In this document: positions 50,269 through 62,300 of the stretch, piece by piece
Position numbering within the stretch: position 1 is the stretch's first letter
Layout: each line of letters opens with the position of its first letter
Origin: Fonticula alba ATCC 38817
Lineage: Eukaryota; Protista; Nucleariida
Length of the DNA stretch: 64,000 bases
Assembly (NCBI GenBank): GCA_000388065.2
Contig: KB932209.1
Strand: one strand, 5' to 3'
Made by a program: the position numbers and the translations under genes
The notes under the pieces: generated by a model
Databases searched by the model: none
Seen by the model: only the letters and a program-made list of their open reading frames with translations
What the model was told of the DNA's origin: nothing

Positions 50269-50944
50269 CTAGGCCGGCGATCCGACCAGCGCGCCGAGGC
50301 CCCGGCTGTTGAAGGCCGCCAGGGCGACCCCCACCAGGAAGGCCACCACTATGGAGACCAGCAGATGGGCGAGCGACATGCGGGCGATGCCGCCCCATTG
50401 GCGCCGGCCCCGCGAGGCAACCAGATTGCCCGACGTGGAGCCGCTCAGCGACGGCGGCCGCGGCAGGCCCGCCCGGGGATGCGTCTCCTTCTGCGCGGCG
50501 CGCACGCGTGCAATGGCCGGCAGTGTGCGTGTGTGTGCGTATGCAGCCACCAAAAGGGGGGGCGAGGTCCATGGTTAGAGCCGGGCCGGGGAGAGGGGAC
50601 TGGCGGGAGGGAAAAGCCAACCCGGCGCGCGGTCGAGCAGATGCCGGCGGGGCACCGGGCGTCGCACGCACAGAAACAAACAGCGCTGGGGTTGCCGGTC
50701 CGGAGGCCTCGGCCGCCGCTTCGGCCGGGGCGATTTCGAATACCGGCAAGTCGGACGAGGGTCCCGCCGGGATGGCGGCCGGCTCCGGCTTGGGCCCCGG
50801 CGCCGGCGGCAGGGCTTCCACAGGGGACGAGCTCTCGCTGCGCGGGGAGAGCGCCATCACGAAGCCCGGCGCACGGCCCGGCGCCATGGCCTGTGCCGGG
50901 GCATCACGCGGCTCGCCGGGCACTGGGGCCAGCGAAGACAGGCA

Positions 50945-50999
<55 letters not shown>

Positions 51000-52082
51000 G
51001 GGGGGGGGGGGGGGGAAGGGAAGAGGGGCCGAGCGAGGAGTGAGACAGGCGCACAGGCCCGTCCCCCCTCGCCGAGGGCCGGGAGGAGGTGTGCGAGGAT
51101 GGTGGCGCGGCCGGGCCCCCGGCAGTGCGACAAAAGGCCGAGGCGCACGAGGGGGGCACGTACCAGGGCGGTCGTCCGCCTCGAGGGAGGTGTGAATCTT
51201 GAAGGAGGAGACCGACGTGGTGTCAGCCGTGGGCTCGGCATCATCCGGCTCGGACTCCTCGCCGGCTGAACTGCACTCCGGCGAGGACAACAGAAAGAGC
51301 GACATGGAACCGGAGCCGGCCAGGCTGGTGCCGCGGCTGCTGACAAAAGAAACATTCCGGTGCCGAGCCCTGAGCAGGGCTGCCGGCCGCGGCGACGCGC
51401 GTGCGCAGGGCGACAGGGGGGGCGAGTGGATGTCAGGCGCCGCCGGGGCAGGGGGCTCGCATGGCGTGAGGTGGGGGAGAGACAGGCCTGGCAGGGCCGC
51501 CGCCACGCCGGGCCCCGGGGCCTGGCCCAGGAGCCCGGCTCCCAGCAGCAACAGTCGCAGGCTGGCCACGGCCGTCGCGCGCCGGGGCAGCACCGGCCCG
51601 CCCAGGAGGCTGGCCCATGGCCGGGCATCTGCCGGCGGCATGGCGCACGACTCCCCCCTGGCCGGGGGCCGGCCGGGCGCCGGTGCCGGCACCGGGGTCA
51701 GCGCGACTCGCGGAGGCGCCGGCCCGGTGGGATGGCGCGAGGCCAGCGGCAAGGGCGCCTCGTGGCCGGGCGCCGCGGACACCGGCGACGCGGGGCCCGA
51801 GGTCAGGCTGGCTCCAGCTGCGGCGACAGCCGCCGCCGCGATGGCCCCGCCGCTGGATGGCAGCAGGCGGATGGACTGCCGCGCGCGGTGCGCGTGCATG
51901 TGTGTGTGTATGTGTTGGGGGCGAGAAGGGAGAGGGCAGGGCAGGGGAGAGAGAGAGAGAGAAAAGGCGAACGGGCAAGGAGAAGGAAGAGGCGAGCAGC
52001 GGCGCGAAACAGCGGTCAGAAAGGAGCGGCGGACAAGCAAGCGACGTGGCAAACGGCCGCGCACCAAATCAACGAGCCTCAT
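50269..52082 (-). CDS. Hypothetical low-complexity protein with a C-terminal transmembrane (tail-anchor) segment. Four-exon model.
   Basis: MRLVDL|(intron 51876-52064)SIRLLPSS...RHRNVSFVSS...LEADDRP|VPGEPRDAP...PALFVS|KETHPRAG...RMSLAHLLVSIVVAFLVGVALAAFNSRGLGALVGSPA*. Junctions are phase-matched GT-AG with GTGCGC/GTACGT/GTGCGT donors. TAG at 50269-50271. Confidence 0.65.
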
Positions 52083-53158
52083 CCACCGGCGGCAGATGGC
52101 GGGGGGCGGACACAGCTATAAAGAAGCGGAACAAGAGGAGCACACGGGAGGCGGGATCGCGCCAGGGGGGCAGGGGGGCAGGGGGGCAGGGGGGGAGAAG
52201 ACAGAAAGGCAGACGGAGAAACCACTTCAAGGCCGAGGAAGGGCAGGAGGAAGATGGAAGGTAAAGGCTGAGCTTCACGGCCGGGCCCCCGCCAGGAGGC
52301 CTCAAGAAGAGCGTGCCTCGCCGGACTGGCCGGGGGGAGGAGAAGGCGGGGGCGGGGGGCATCCGGACGGCGGCACTGGCCCCGGATCCAGATCGCTGTC
52401 GGGAGGTCTGTGGAGCCCGAACTGGGGGATATTCCCGCCCTCCTTTCCGCCCCGGGCCCTCTCCCCCTCCTCCAAGCACGCCCTCGGGGGGACACCATCG
52501 GCCGGAGGGCGGGGCGAGATGGCGGGAAAAATAATACACAAATGCCCCATCATTGGCATCTGGAGGGACAAACAGCCGACGGAACAGTGTCCATCGGGCA
52601 CGCGCTATCCCCGCGTGATCGGGGATTCCGTTTTCATTTTAAACTTTGCTCCGTCGCGCTTGGCGGCCGCCCACTCCGGTGGGTCCTCTGCGCGGACATG
52701 GCCGGGTGTGAAGCGGGGGCGGAGGCGGGGGCGGGGGATGCCCGTACGTGAGGAAGAAGGGGTCTGGGTGACAATCATAAGTAGCCCCTTGTCTTCCGAA
52801 GGAATTGCCCTCCTCCCGAGAAACGGCCATCGACCGGGGAGATGCCCGGGACGGGCGGGGGACAACAATGCGAATTTTGCCGGCAGGATGGGAGGTCCGA
52901 GACTGGGCAACTGGTGCCCCCTCCGGGGCACCTGGTAGCGCGATCCAGCAAACCGTCGCCAAAGGCCCTGATTCGGAGTTAAGGGAATGCTTCCTGCTGT
53001 AGAGTCAGCGCCAAACTCCAGACACCATCTCTTCTTTCCCCCCCCCCCCCCCCCCCCTCCTTCCCACACATACGCGCACACACCAATCACTTGCCCCGCA
53101 CGCACGCTCCCCCACAGCTTCACTTCCACCCATCCATACGCACATACTGGGGGATACA

Positions 53159-53190
<32 letters not shown>

Positions 53191-53343
53191 CCCACACACA
53201 CACGCACACACGCACGCACGCTTGCGCGACACACATCCACACACGCAGCTGTATAGCCACGCAGGCGCGATAGGGAATCTCCTTCGCGCAGCGAACAAGC
53301 GAGCACAGCTCAGGGACCGCGCCAGCGTCAGGCGGCGCAAGAC

Positions 53344-56300
53344 ATGTCCACCGGCGAGCTCCCCACCCAGCTGACTGAGCAACTGAAGACCTTTGTCCGT
53401 TTGCGTCCAGTTCAGCTGACACAGCCGCCGTCGGTTGTCCCCTGTAGCACCAACAAACATGATCTACTGATCGAGGTTCGTGCAACACGCACCTTTTGCC
53501 GATTTGCCGGCCAGTTCCACTGACATCCATGGCACTGTCTTGCACGCCTGTAGCGCGCCCCGGCCAAGGCAGGCGCATCGCGGGAGCCGCCACAGCGGTT
53601 TCGCTACACGCACGTCTTCCCAGAGGACACCTCCCAGGAGGACTTCTTTCGCGAGACCACCCTTCCTCTGGTTCGGGACATGTTCACTGGCACGGTACGC
53701 CGGACACATGGACATGCACGCACGCACGCACGCACGCGTGCACGCGCGCGCGCGCACACACACACACAAAACACATCTGTCTACGTTCTGCCTGAGCCCA
53801 ACATCGGAGATACTAACCTGGAAGTTCTTTCCCCTTCGCTCCGCATGCTTTGCATGGGCTTGCTTGCATGCATATGCGTGCCTCTTACACCGGCCAAACA
53901 TTAGAACACCCTCTTCTTTGCGTATGGTGTCAGTGGCGGGGGGAAGACCTTCACCCTTGATGGCTCCGCCTCCCAGCCGGGAGTCATCCCACGCGCCCTC
54001 AGTGCCATCTTTCAGACGATCGGTGACTACCAAACCGAAGTGCCAGTGCGTTGTTCCCCGGCTGGCGCCTGCTTGCTCTGCCGCCATACTCACGATCGCC
54101 GGACTCCGGCAACATGAATGCACTGCTCCCTGCTTGGACGCTCACCCATACATACACGCGCATGCACAGGTCAAGCCCGCACACTTTGATGGGATCGAGC
54201 TGTTTGATGCACACGACCGGGCGGAGAAGGAGTCGGCAGGCATCCTGGCGGCGGCACTTGCCTCAAGCAGCGTGCGTTCATTCCCATCCGCCATGATGCC
54301 ACCCATCACCCGGCCGGTGGGGGGGGGACTGGGCGGGACGGGAGGGGGGCAAAAAAATTCTGACCCTCATTCATGTTATCTGCCTTTCCAGCGCTCAACT
54401 ATCGGCGCCACGCCGTCCACACCACGGCGCGGCCTGGCTCGCAACGTGAGCCACCTCCTTCCGCTGGCCATCCCCGGGTCGGATCTCTATAGCTCGGAGC
54501 TGGCGGAGTCTCTCTGTCTCGGGGACACGTACTCGGATGATCTTCAGGGTGCGTGTCCTCTCATCTCGAGCCATGTGGGGGAGGGGCCCATTCTCGCGAT
54601 CAGGGCAAACCCCTTTGGGCATGTTGCTGTTGACCATTCCCACTGACCAAGGCTGCTCGTGCATGATGCTCAGCCCTGGCCGCCGTGGAGAGCACTCGCT
54701 TTTCGGTGTGGGTCAGTGCGTGCCAGATTTACAACCGAGTCATCAGCGATCTGCTGGTGGAACCGGCCACCGATGGGCGTCTTTCCTCTTTTGGGGTTCC
54801 CTCTACGCCGGGCGGTGGCGACCGTCGGCGCACCGGGTCGACCTTTCCCCTGGCCACTCCCTCGACGCCGTCGACCTCCTCGGCGGCGACGGCGGCAGCA
54901 GCCGCGGCGTCTGGGTCCTTTCCCTTCGGGAGCTCCTTCGGCGTGACCGGCATGCCCGGGGGCACGCGCGTGTCCACTGCTCCGGCGCCGGGCGCCGGGG
55001 GCGGGGCCGGTGGCGGAGGCTTCGGCTGTCCGGTTGGCCTCGGCTCCGGCTCCAGTGCCCCGGTGGTCACCGACAATGGCTACATTCATGGGCTGGTGGA
55101 GGTGCGCGTCCGGTCCATGCGCGAGGCCTTTGCCCTGATCGCGCGCGCACGCGAGCATCGCGCCCGGGCGGCTACCTCGCAAAATGTGGCCTCCTCAAGG
55201 TCGCACTCGATCTACTTCATCCGAGTCCTGCAATTCCCGGTGGCCCCGGGGGCCTGTAGCGACACCGGCTCGATGGCCGAGGTTCTGGTTGACCCGAAGG
55301 CCGTGCGCACGAGCCGTCTAGTTCTCGTGGACATGGCCGGGGCCGAGCGGAGCAAGAAACTGAACCACTCCAGTGCTGAGCGCCAGCGCGAGTCAAATCG
55401 CATCAATGAGACGGTCCTCCACCTGAATGCCTGCCTGGAGGCACTTCGCAACAAGCAGTCCGGTGGCTCGAGTGGCTTCTACTCCTGGTCCTCGGACAAG
55501 TTGACTAAGCTCTTCCAGCCGTACTTCACCGGGGCTGGCAAGGCGGTGCGCCTGCTGGGTGGCCGATTTCCCGGCCGGCGTGGGGGCCGAGGACCGGCTG
55601 TCGGCCTGCCTTTTGCCGGTCCATTTCTCTTCCCTCGGTCCCCTTCTTGGAGCTGACCCTCCTCTCTCTCTCTCTCTCTCTCTCTCCCGCCCATTAGGCC
55701 ATGGTTCTCAATGTGAACCCTGATCCCGAGCTTGTCAAGGAAACCTTTCACGCATTGCAGGTGGGCTCAGTGGCCCAGCAACTTCGGACCACCCGACAGC
55801 GGGCCCGGCCCATGGTTGACATCCATGATCCGACCCGTGCGCATCCGACTCGACCTCCGGGCCCCATGTGCCACCTTCGACTTCGCCCTGGCTGACCTTG
55901 CTTTTTGCCTGCCCCCCTCGCCCTTTGTCGGCTGCCCTGCCTGCCTGCCTTCCGGACGGCCAGTGGCTCGGCTGCCCTCCTCCTTCCAGAGCTACCAGGC
56001 TCCATTCATGGACAGCGGTGGGTCATACCTGACGGCACTGTCCGGGAGTCAGACGCCCACCGTGCAGGCGGTCAAGCGGTCGCGTGCGACTCCGACACTT
56101 GAGCAAGCACAGAACACATACAGCGCTCGGGCCATGAGGTACCATATGAAGCACGGCCGCGAGGCGGCGACGACGCCCATTCGCATTGTCGGCGGCCGGA
56201 CCGGGCAGGTGGCCGCTTCGGCGGGTGGCTCGCCACGCCTGCTGCTTGAACATCCGTGGGATTTGGCCCATGGGACGGGCAATGTCGGCACCGGCACCCC

Positions 56301-58409
56301 GCTCCGAGCTGGCTCCTCGCCGGGCGGGGCGCTGGATATCACGCTGGCCGGGCCATTGGCCACCCCTCGGCGGTGGGCCCGGCCGGATCCCCTCCGGACC
56401 CCGGGCAGCGGGCCCGCCCTGCCACTCATGCATGGTGATGACGAGGAGGAGGATGTGGTTTTGCTGCCGGATGCGCTGATTGCTCGGGACTCGGAGCGCC
56501 TGCTGGGCTCGATTGCCGCGGAGATTGCCTCCCTGAAGCAGCGAGCCGAAGCGTGTCGCGACTGTGCGGCCCGGGCCATTGCCAGTGCCCAGAGCATCGA
56601 CATTGAGAATGCCGTCAATGAGGCGAAGGCCGAGCTCATGGGTCAGGCCCTGTTGCAGCGGGATTCCCTTGCCCGTTCGGTGCGCTTTCCGTTCGCCCTT
56701 TTTTTTTTCCCCCCCCGGGCTGTGTGCGCATTTTGGTGGGGGCGAAAAAGGGCCGAGCGAAAGGGCACAAGTTCCTTTGCCGTGTGCCATGTGGCACGTC
56801 CGTCTTCGTTGGCTTTCTAACCGGCATGGCTCTCCTGGGACAGGCTTCTGAGGTGGAGACTTCTGGCGGGGCCGACGCCCCAAACAGCGTGGCACTGGCT
56901 CTGATGCAAGACAAGGCCCAGTTGGAGAATGCCCTGTACGAGGCGCGGCTGGCGGCCGACGCGGCGGATCAGCGAGCATACTCCACGGTGCACGCATATG
57001 CGGACCGCCTGCGCCAGGCGTTCGTCGAGTCCGACCGGCTGTCGAGCGAAAACCGCAAGCTCCGCGAGGAACTGTCCCGGCTGCGGTCGATTCTATCGAA
57101 CAGTGGCGCTGCACCGGGGTCGCCATCGCGCGGGTCGCCGGCTCCGGCTGACCAGCCCAGCGGCAGCACTCCGGACCGCGGGTACCACTCGCCTACCGGC
57201 CAGGCTCCCCTGCTGGAAGAAGAGGCACTGTCAGTGACTGCCTCGCCGCTTTTCCCCCCAGCAGCGGCAGCGGCGGCAACATCATCGTCATCATCGTCGT
57301 CGCTGATGGCGCCGTCATCATCGTCGCTAGCGTCGTCGTCGCCGTCGCCGTCACCGTCGTCGCCGTCGTCACCCCGGTCGCCCAAGGAACCGGCCAAGCC
57401 AATGGCCACAGATGAGCCGAGCGTCGAGACAGCCTCGGCGCACTCCAGTACCCTGGATTTTTCGCCCGGTGATGAGGGGTTCGTCGATGCTGCCGACTTT
57501 CATTGTGAGCCAACTTCTCCCTCGCCCACGGGGATGTCGGTCTCCGATACGCCGGTCGCTGCCGGGGGGTGGCCTGTCGCCCTGTCAAACAAGCAGGCAG
57601 ATCTCACCCTCACAGATAGCCCCTCCGAAGGGGGGGATATGCTGGTGGATGCGGTGGGGGAGGCCCCTGTGTCTCCGGTCCCTTCATCGCCGGACCCACC
57701 GTCCGGGCCCACTCCATCATGGGCAGTCGCTCCATCTAGCCCGGCCTCCGGGGGAGAAGGTGTCGATAGCCTGGCGACTCGGACTGCCGGGTCCCCTCCG
57801 CGCACACCCTCCCGTGCTGAGGGGGCCATCAAGGAAGAATGTTCCCCCGATGGGGGGACAGCGTCCGCCAAACAGGGGTCCTCCATTTCCACCCTTCGGC
57901 CCAAGCGGTGCGCATTGTGCAATTCCCTCGGGCAGCCTGCTCCCTGTCTTTGCGCATCCCGCCCTGCTTTCGCTCTGCGTCTCCCCCTTGCCTTCTCTGA
58001 CATACATGCCACACACACACACACACATGCAGGGTGATGCTTCGGAAGCGCACGGTCGACATGACGGCCTCCTCTCTGGACGCGGTGCGTCAATTCTTGA
58101 CATGTATTTTTGTTCCCCCCTCATCAAGAGGCAGGGAGGGGCGGGAAGGGGGGGGGGGGGGGGGGGAAGAGGGCAGAGCCCATCGTGCACCCCAGCACCA
58201 TCCTTCCACCTGATGACGGCCTACCTTGGCGACTAACCTACCACCCGCTGGGGTCCCCTCACCACCTGCTGGGGTCCCCTCCCGCATAGACCCCCTCTCC
58301 GGGAGCACGGAAGACTGCCACCAAGTCGGCCGCGGCTTTGGCGGCCGCGGCGGCCGCGGAAATTGGCCCGGCCGGCCCAGCAATCCTCTTTACGGCTGGG
58401 AGAATCTGA
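53344..58409 (+). CDS. Kinesin-6-like (KIF20/MKLP/Klp9 type) N-terminal motor protein with a coiled-coil stalk and Ser/Pro-rich tail. Multi-exon, last exon inferred.
   Basis: MSTGELPTQLTEQLKTFVRLRP; RFRYTHVFPEDTSQEDFFRETTLPLVRDMF; P-loop FAYGVSGGGKTFTL (about 53917-53955); GVIPRALSAIF; a long insertion typical of kinesin-6 loop 6; VWVSACQIYNRVISDLL; switch I NVASSRSHSIY; switch II LVDMAGAER; KLTKLFQPYFTGAGKA|MVLNVNP. A terminal exon at 58290-58409 is supported by a GACTAAC branch point and TAG acceptor. Confidence 0.85.
58240..58281. repeat. 21-nt near-perfect tandem duplication between the branch point and acceptor of the last predicted kinesin intron
   Basis: ACCACCCGCTGGGGTCCCCTC followed by ACCACCTGCTGGGGTCCCCTC. 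Confidence 0.9.
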
Positions 58410-58616
58410 CAGAAAGGCAGCGAAAGAGATGGAGAGAGGGAGAAAGGGGGAGGGGATGCCCGAGCGGGCATGCTGGCCTCTTTCTTCCTCTCCGGTCGCT
58501 GTGGCTTGCCGGAAATATAGTCGTCCTTGTGTGAGGCCTTTGTGTGTGCATGTTCTATCGAGGCCGCCTGGAGGGGCTTTGCCCCGGCGGCGGGGAGGAT
58601 ATGGAGGTGCTTTAGC

Positions 58617-59384
58617 TCAGTCTGTGATGATGTCGGCAACAGGAGCATCAACAAGACCATCATCACCGTCATCATCTGGGGAATCCATGGCGCGATGGGG
58701 GACATCGGACGCCGGCGGCAAGGAGTCATCACTTTCCGGATGTGCTGAGGCAGGCGCTGACAGGAGGGGTGCTGCCTCATGGAGTACCGGCAACAGGGGA
58801 TCGGCGTCGGTGGCAGCGTCAAGGACCGCCTCGCTGGACCTCGAGGAATCGGCCTGTGCGGAGGGAGTTGGCGGGCGGAGCAGGATCCGAGTCCCATGGT
58901 CGTCGGCCTGTTGCTGGAAGTGGGCCACATCCTCGGCATCAAACAGGCCAGAGGCCAATAGTGCCGCATTTTCCGTCTGACAAGTAGAGGGAAGGTCAGA
59001 ACCCGCCGACAGGGGAGGGGCAGGAAGAGGGAGAGAAAGAGGAGCAGGAAGAGGGGGGGGGGGAGGGGGGAGGAGGGCTGGGGCCAAGAGGGCGGTGATT
59101 GTCCGGGGTCGGCGGAGCAGCGGAGTGCAGGCGAGGCGCCAGGGACAGGAGTGTACCTCGAGCATGGCCAGTGCGTCACAGAGACGAGACTCGAGGGCAG
59201 CAAAATCGTCGATGGTGCGGGTGGCTACCATGCACAGACGATCGGCATACTCCATCCGGGTCTCCAGGCCGAGGCGCGAACCGAACTTGGCGTCCGGCAG
59301 AAGGTAATGCGCGGAGGGGGAGCGGGAGTAGGATCGCGCGGATGTCGCTCCAGGCCGGTATTTCCCGGCCGATCGGGGCTTCAT
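58617..59384 (-). CDS. Small hypothetical protein (about 195 aa) with a short coiled coil and an acidic C-terminus. Two exons, start uncertain (59384 or 59480).
   Basis: MKPRSAGKY...RMEYADRLCMVATRTIDDFAALESRLCDALAMLE|(intron 58977-59156, GTACAC...TCAG)TENAALLASGLFDAEDVAHFQQQ...DDDGDDGLVDAPVADIITD*. Strong codon bias. Confidence 0.65.
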   Translation of the reverse strand: MKPRSAGKYRPGATSARSYSRSPSAHYLLPDAKFGSRLGLETRMEYADRLCMVATRTIDDFAALESRLCDALAMLEVHSCPWRLACTPLLRRPRTITALLAPALLPPPPPPLPAPLSLPLPAPPLSAGSDLPSTCQTENAALLASGLFDAEDVAHFQQQADDHGTRILLRPPTPSAQADSSRSSEAVLDAATDADPLLPVLHEAAPLLSAPASAHPESDDSLPPASDVPHRAMDSPDDDGDDGLVDAPVADIITD

Positions 59385-62300
59385 GAGGTGGAGGAAGCGA
59401 GAAAGGGGGACGGAGAGGAGGGACGGAGAGGAGGGAGGGGGCAAGGGAGGGGGGGGAGGAGATGTGGTGTCTTTGAGCATGCTAAAAAGCGCCGAGGCGC
59501 TTCGTCGATCGCGCCCCGGATCGGGCATCCTGGGTGCCGGAAAGCCGTGCCGCAGGGCCGATCGCTGGTGAGGGCACGCAGGTCCGTTGGGGGCAGCGGG
59601 CCAGGGAGCCGCTGGCTGCCGGCCCCGGAAGAGGGTTGGCGCGGAGCGGCAAGGCGGCTTTCATTCCCACCCCTGGGCTACAGGGAGGGAGGGAGGGAGC
59701 CCAGAGGGGGCTGGCCCGACCAGGGGCACCCCAACGAGGGGGAGGGGGGGGGCGGACCCTTCAGTGGGGGCCGAAAGGGGCGCCAGGAGGAACATGTGCG
59801 GGCGAGGGGCCAATGTGGAAATCGAGAGGCGGCCGCGGAGTGGCGAGGCCAGGCATGCCCAGGGGGCAACAGGGAAGAACACACAGACGAGGGACAGGCG
59901 CCGGGGAAGGGACACCATGTGGGAGGGCGGGAGGGGGGAACATGTGTTCAGATAGGCCGCCCCACAGCCGCCCTCCGAAGGGCGAGTCGCATGCCAACCA
60001 CCCGGCACTACGGCCTGCCAGCCCGAGAGGAATACATACACGCATGCATGCCCGGGGGGCAACACAAGTGCGCCGGCCTGGGAGATCATCGGCGAACCAG
60101 AGAGGCGAGGCGGCCGGGGGGGGAGGGGGGGCAGAAAAACTGCCAATGCTCGGAGCCTCGGGCTGTAGGCGCGCCCGCCCCCGCCCCCCCCCCCCCCTGC
60201 CGCCACGGGGCGCCAGGAAATGTGCATCTGGATATTATTTTGGGACTAAAGTGTCCGGGAGGCGCAGGGTCCGGGGCCCGGGGTCCGGACCAGCAAGCAC
60301 GCTACCAGACCAGTCTCTGCCACGGGCCCGGCCGATGGACCTGCCACAATCTTGCCACACTCCGGTCTAGAAGATACTGCCCTTTTTCAGCTGCACCCCG
60401 GCGGACGGGAGGCAACCGAACCTCGGAACTGGAGCGGGACGGGGGGGGGGGGGCGGAGGGCGGTCCGTCCGGCGGCACATTCCTGGCCGGAGGCGGGCGA
60501 GCCCCCCTCCCCCCCCGCCGCCAGGCCCCGCCGGGCCCCACCACGCTCCTCCCCCCGGGGCTGGCTCTGGTGCGAGTCGGGGCGTTCTTGAGGGGGCACC
60601 AGAGCTGGGAGGTGATCTCGCTGGGTGCTTGCCCTGGCCTCGAGCTGGGGTGTCCGCGCCTGGCCCCGGCGGGGGGGGGGGGGGGGGGACCTCTGCCGAG
60701 AACGCTCGGGCCTTGGGCCAGTGTCGGCGGCAGCTTGTACAGGCCGGGGAGCCACAGCCCGGGGCCCCGAGACCGCATTTCGGCGCACACATCCCTCTCT
60801 CTCTCTGTCCCTCTCCCTCGTAGGCCCTGTCTCCGGCTCGCTTTTATCTGGCAGCGTGCGACGATGCGATTTCCTCCCCCACGGCCCTGTGTGATAAGGA
60901 GTCATCAACAGCCGGGCTGCGGTCCCGGAACCGTGTGTGGGAGAGAGAAAGTCAAGGGCCGGTGTCCCGATAGCCGGCAGACGGGCCACCGGCCTGGAAA
61001 GGGCCGAGATGGCCCGAGCCTTTTTGACAGATACCAGGCACCCGTCCTCCGCCCAGGCCGTGCGTGTATATGGGGGGCGGTCTGCGGAGTGTGAGGTGCC
61101 CCCCCCCCCCCCGCACCGTAGGCCTGCCAGGACGCGCCATCGTCCTGGCCTGCCCCCTTGGCCCCCCCCCCGCCCTGAAGAGTGAGCGACAAGCCACACG
61201 CACGGCCACCCCCCCACACCACCCCCCGGGCGGGGGGGGGGGAGGGGGGCGAGCGGGGCTCACGCACCCGGCTGCCTTGCACCCGGGCGATGTGAGCAAT
61301 AACAACGCTGGCAATATAAGCCCACCCTGCCGGCCGAACGCACCGGAGGGACCCCTCCCGGGGGGCGGGGCCAACTGAGCCGCCCTTGCCAGGGTCGGGG
61401 GCCAGGCGTGGTTGGTCAGCACCGGCAGACGAACTGGGAGCAGGGCGCTCCGAAGGTCGAGCGAGGGGCATGTGTGTGTGTGTGCGCCCTGATCGGGCGT
61501 GGGGCGCTCGGAGGGAGGGCGAACGCACGCACGCCGTCTCCACCGTGCAGCTTGAGGGCCCGAATCAGAAATGTGATGATGCGGACGGTTGGCGCTCCCT
61601 GCCCGGGGGGGGGGGGGGGGGGCGAGAACGGTGAAACGGCCACTCGGCGTAGGCTTGCGGAGGGCGCACTCGTCCGGCACGGTTCCGGGGGAATTCACCC
61701 CTAGCTGGGGAGAGAAGCACACACGCGCGAGGACCCTAGAACAGGTAGGCGAAAGGGCAATACCGACCACACGCACGTAGTGGTGGTGTTTACTTGCATG
61801 CGCAGGGCACACCCACACACACTCATGCATGTACGGTATCCCTGTCCCCCAGCAATGAACAGCCCCGCCGGGCTGTACAAGGAATATCTTTTCGCCCCCC
61901 GGCCGCTCCGGTCCCTAGTTGGGCCAAGCCGACACTGGGGCCATCAAACACGGCGCACAGAATACGGAAGTCTTCCCCTNNNNNNNNNNNNNNNNNNNNN
62001 NNNNNNNNNNNNNNNNNNNNNNNNNNNNNNNNNNNNNNNNNNNNNNNNNNNNNNNNNNNNNNNNNNNNNNNNNNNNNNNNNNNNNNNNNNNNNNNNNNNN
62101 NNNNNNNNNNNNNNNNNNNNNNNNNNNNNNNNNNNNNNNNNNNNNNNNNNNNNNNNNNNNNNNNNNNNNNNNNNNNNNNNNNNNNNNNNNNNNNNNNNNN
62201 NNNNNNNNNNNNNNNNNNNNNNNNNNNNNNNNNNNNNNNNNNNNNNNNNNNNNNNNNNNNNNNNNNNNNNNNNNNNNNNNNNNNNNNNNNNNNNNNNNNN

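Noticed and set aside
52521-52643. E2F-like GGCGGGAAA and CHR-like TTTAAA motifs upstream of the mitotic kinesin
   Set aside because: The motifs are short, and the same GGCGGGAAA occurs in a UBX gene intron (about 4840). Without a TSS or conservation data they cannot be distinguished from chance.
59500-62000. Possible gene or ncRNA in the long stretch before the final gap
   Set aside because: No codon-biased exon chain, and no tRNA or snRNA signature that I could recognise. Part of the region is hidden by the 779-nt gap.
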